Source: Raillietiella orientalis
Taxonomy: Eukaryota
Assembly (NCBI GenBank): GCA_036172245.1
Contig: JAYWIR010000001.1
Location: forward strand, 8,556,001-8,620,000
Direction of reading: 5' to 3'
DNA: 64,000 bases
The position numbers and the translations under genes were made by a program. Position 1 is the stretch's first letter, and each line of letters opens with the position of its first letter. The notes below the pieces were generated by a model. The model was not told the origin of the DNA. It saw nothing but the letters and a program-made list of their open reading frames with translations, and did not search any database. Shown here piece after piece: positions 61,454-64,000 of this stretch.

Positions 61454-63704
61454 CCAGACGGCTACCTTCGGGTTGTGGAACGTGGAGTCTCTGCGTGTCG
61501 ATGTTGCAGCAGTGGTACTTCTGCGAGGAGAGAAAAAGGGCAAAGAAGAGACTAGAAAGTATGCCAGTTCGATGGAGGAGATGACCGTGCCTGCGGAAAT
61601 TCGAGGAGCTGCCATGCCAGAAAGCATTGCATAGCATTTTGGAAGGCTCGTTCGCTCTCTCCCGGTGTTTTCCCGCAAAAGAGGCTTCGTGCCCGTCTCG
61701 GAGATGGCTGCGGTTACGTCCTCCTCCTCCTCTTCCTTCTCCTCCTTCTCTCGACGAAACATGGAAAGAAATATTGGAAGCATCGGACGGATCAGCTCCC
61801 GTATTGGAAGAACCCAGGAGACAGGCAGCTGAAAGGGGCAAGATGAAAAGACGGTGGATGCCGTCCTCCTTCCAATTGTCTGTGGCCCCTTCTTCAGCAA
61901 AGATACCCTCGGTAGCCGGTAGCATTCAGCACGACTCTGCGGTGTTTATTCCTTGCGAGGAACTGCACGTGCAAACTTCCTGCGGCGCGCGCACGTCGAT
62001 GCATGAGTAACGCACGTTACCAGGGACAACACGGACGTTGTAGAATGGGACTTAGAAAGGGGAAGCAGCGCGCGGAGGAACGCAAAAGGGAATGAAATGG
62101 ATTTTGATCACTGGAGTAATGGACATCGAAAACGACATGAAGCAGCCATAACTAATGAAATGGATGTCGACAGCCTCCGGACCGGATGCAAGTCGAGTGT
62201 GAGGAGGTGCCGAAAACCGGTGACGTGGATGCCATCGAGGTGCGGAGCAGACGTGGACGAGTCGTGGAACAGATGCCCGTTACGTCCACGCACCGTGGAA
62301 CGAGCAGCAAGTGTCTGCGTCCATGGGGATGTCTCCGGGAGGGAGGGTCTCTTGGAGGGTGGTCGGAACAATCGGGTTTCCGAGATCCGTGACTCGCGCG
62401 ATCCACGTGCATCTGCTCGCGGAGATGGCGACTTCTGGTCCAGCGTGGTGTCTCGCCGTAACGGAACGATCCTGCGATCGAAAGCGGAGCTCCCTTCCCG
62501 TCCCGAACGGCAAGAGGACGACGAAGCCTGGCGACGACGCGGAATTTGCCGGTCCCTGTGTGGATGGAAGGAGTCTTTCTCCCACCGGGAGCTGGTGCGT
62601 GCGCATCCCCTCCCGCCATCTTTGCCGTGCGGGAGTGGCAGGGTACCTCCGACGCGGTGTTGAGCGTGGAGCCAGGCCCACCCTGCCCCACTGCAGGAGC
62701 ATCTCCGGACGGGGAATTCGAGTCCCGGATCTCTTGCGGGCAGGAGAGGACACCTGCTGGTGCCGCAACGGCGGCCTCGCTACTTGGATGCCGGCAGAGC
62801 CCAGAGGGCTTTTTCGGGCTCTGAATCCGCGACGGACCGCACGTAGGGCAGCTGGAAACGAGCTAGCTGCCGATGCGCGTGGGAGGAAGAGGACCGGGTC
62901 ACGTGCCTCTCGTCGCGGGCGCGGAGGGCCTTGACGATGCGGGGAGCCGTCCCACCTCCAGGCACTCTGCATTCCATGCTCTTCGCTGGGTGATGGTGGC
63001 AGCTGTGGGGAGGGGAGGAAGGGGGTGAAGAGCTGATCCGGAGCGTGACGAAGGCATCGTCATCCCTGAGCGCGTCTCCGGTCGCCCGCAGCGCTTCCTC
63101 CGGTTCACGGGGAAGGGACTCGCCCCCCTTTCAGGTGAATGGGGGTCTTCGCGTTGCTTTCGCCCTCCAAGGGGGCCTTCCATGGCAGGTGTTTTTGCCG
63201 AGAGCCTCGAGGCACTGTGGGTTGCGACGGCGACGAGGTCACCATTTTCTCTCCGTCCATCCTTCGGCTTCAGGACCTCCCTCCTCCCATGCTGGTTGCT
63301 CCGCGATCTTGTAGCCTGCTGCGTGCCTCCATGTTTGTCGAACACGCCGACGTCACGCTGATCTGGGGCGCACCGCCGCGGTTCCTGAAGATGTGGAACC
63401 TCTACATCCCTCGAATGACCCGCAGGCGGAGCGGGCGGCAGTCTCAGCTGTGCATCGGCACTGACGGGCGCCTCCAGCGGAATCCTTTCTTCCCTCTGCA
63501 AGTCCGCTGGAACTTTCCTCCCCATTGTCGCCTTCCCAGCAGTGTTGCCACTTTCTCCCCATCTTCTCCTCCCTTCTCCTTAATTCCGCTCCTCAGGAGT
63601 GCCTCCTCCACTCTCCTCCTTTCCCAGTCCGGATAGAAATGAGCGCCTTCTAGAGTGCCGGGAGATTCCTGGCCGAAATCTCACGCCGTACCTCTCTCCT
63701 CCAG

Positions 63705-63838
63705 CTACCGGTGGATCACCTACGAGCAGTCATTCGGGAGGTACACCCAGCCCATCACTATCATTCTGGAGCTCGAGTCTCCCGGCAGGGATAACTTCGT
63801 CGCCTTCGACAATATCGAGCTAACCGGTTGCTGGCCAG
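63705..63838 (+). CDS. MAM-domain receptor (Alk-like), coding exon 3 completing the MAM domain
   Basis: ctctcctccag acceptor in phase 2 and g/gtaaac donor. YRWITYEQSFGRYTQPITIILE...FVAFDNIELTGCWP matches the MAM C-terminal (I/V)A.D(D/N)I motif and recalls arthropod Alk MAM1 (W....LGR....F.I..E...VALDN.....CFP). Confidence 0.85.
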
Positions 63839-64000
63839 GTAAACGGCGGTGGAGGGGGGATACGCGCGGCAGCCAAAGGGAGGGGGGTACCGAACTCTGA
63901 GATTAGGGAATGGGGTGGCTAAGCCTCTTCTCTGTTCCTGGAGCTCCGCCACTTGCTAACCGCTGCAGTCCGCCGATTGGGAAGCTCGCTTGAAGGAAGA

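Noticed and set aside
62100..62400. GADVD-like words suggesting more ankyrin repeats
   Set aside because: No TPLH-type helix motif or 33-aa periodicity recoverable.
1..64000. CRISPR array, prophage/endogenous giant virus, or bacterial defence operon
   Set aside because: No regularly spaced repeats, capsid/polymerase/integrase genes or operon structure; the genes have spliceosomal introns.

Overview
Eukaryotic, probably arthropod, genomic DNA: GT-AG introns of about 50 nt, animal-type proteins, and GC-rich sequence with short AT-rich islands. I saw no prokaryotic operon, CRISPR array, rRNA or convincing tRNA. The left end carries a spliced OGFr-domain gene and an intronless, CpG-poor TRM5 tRNA methyltransferase, both on the minus strand. 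Several small-intron coiled-coil genes of unknown function follow, plus an intronless OTU-domain gene whose catalytic Cys is replaced by Ser. A scrambled cluster of decayed transposons occupies 15.5-22.2 kb (NeSL/Utopia-like RT-RLE elements, a MULE transposase, Tx1/L1-like pieces). From 35.6 kb to the end, three phase-compatible plus-strand exons spread over 28 kb assemble a signal peptide and a complete MAM domain, most like arthropod Alk. Its 19 kb and 8 kb introns hold Tx1-like remnants, an ankyrin cassette that interrupts a LINE remnant, and a THAP-like remnant. Most long ORFs in the supplied track are GC-rich shadow ORFs. I could not establish a new multi-gene system; the best leads are listed as findings. 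All protein family calls come from recalled motifs, not from searches.
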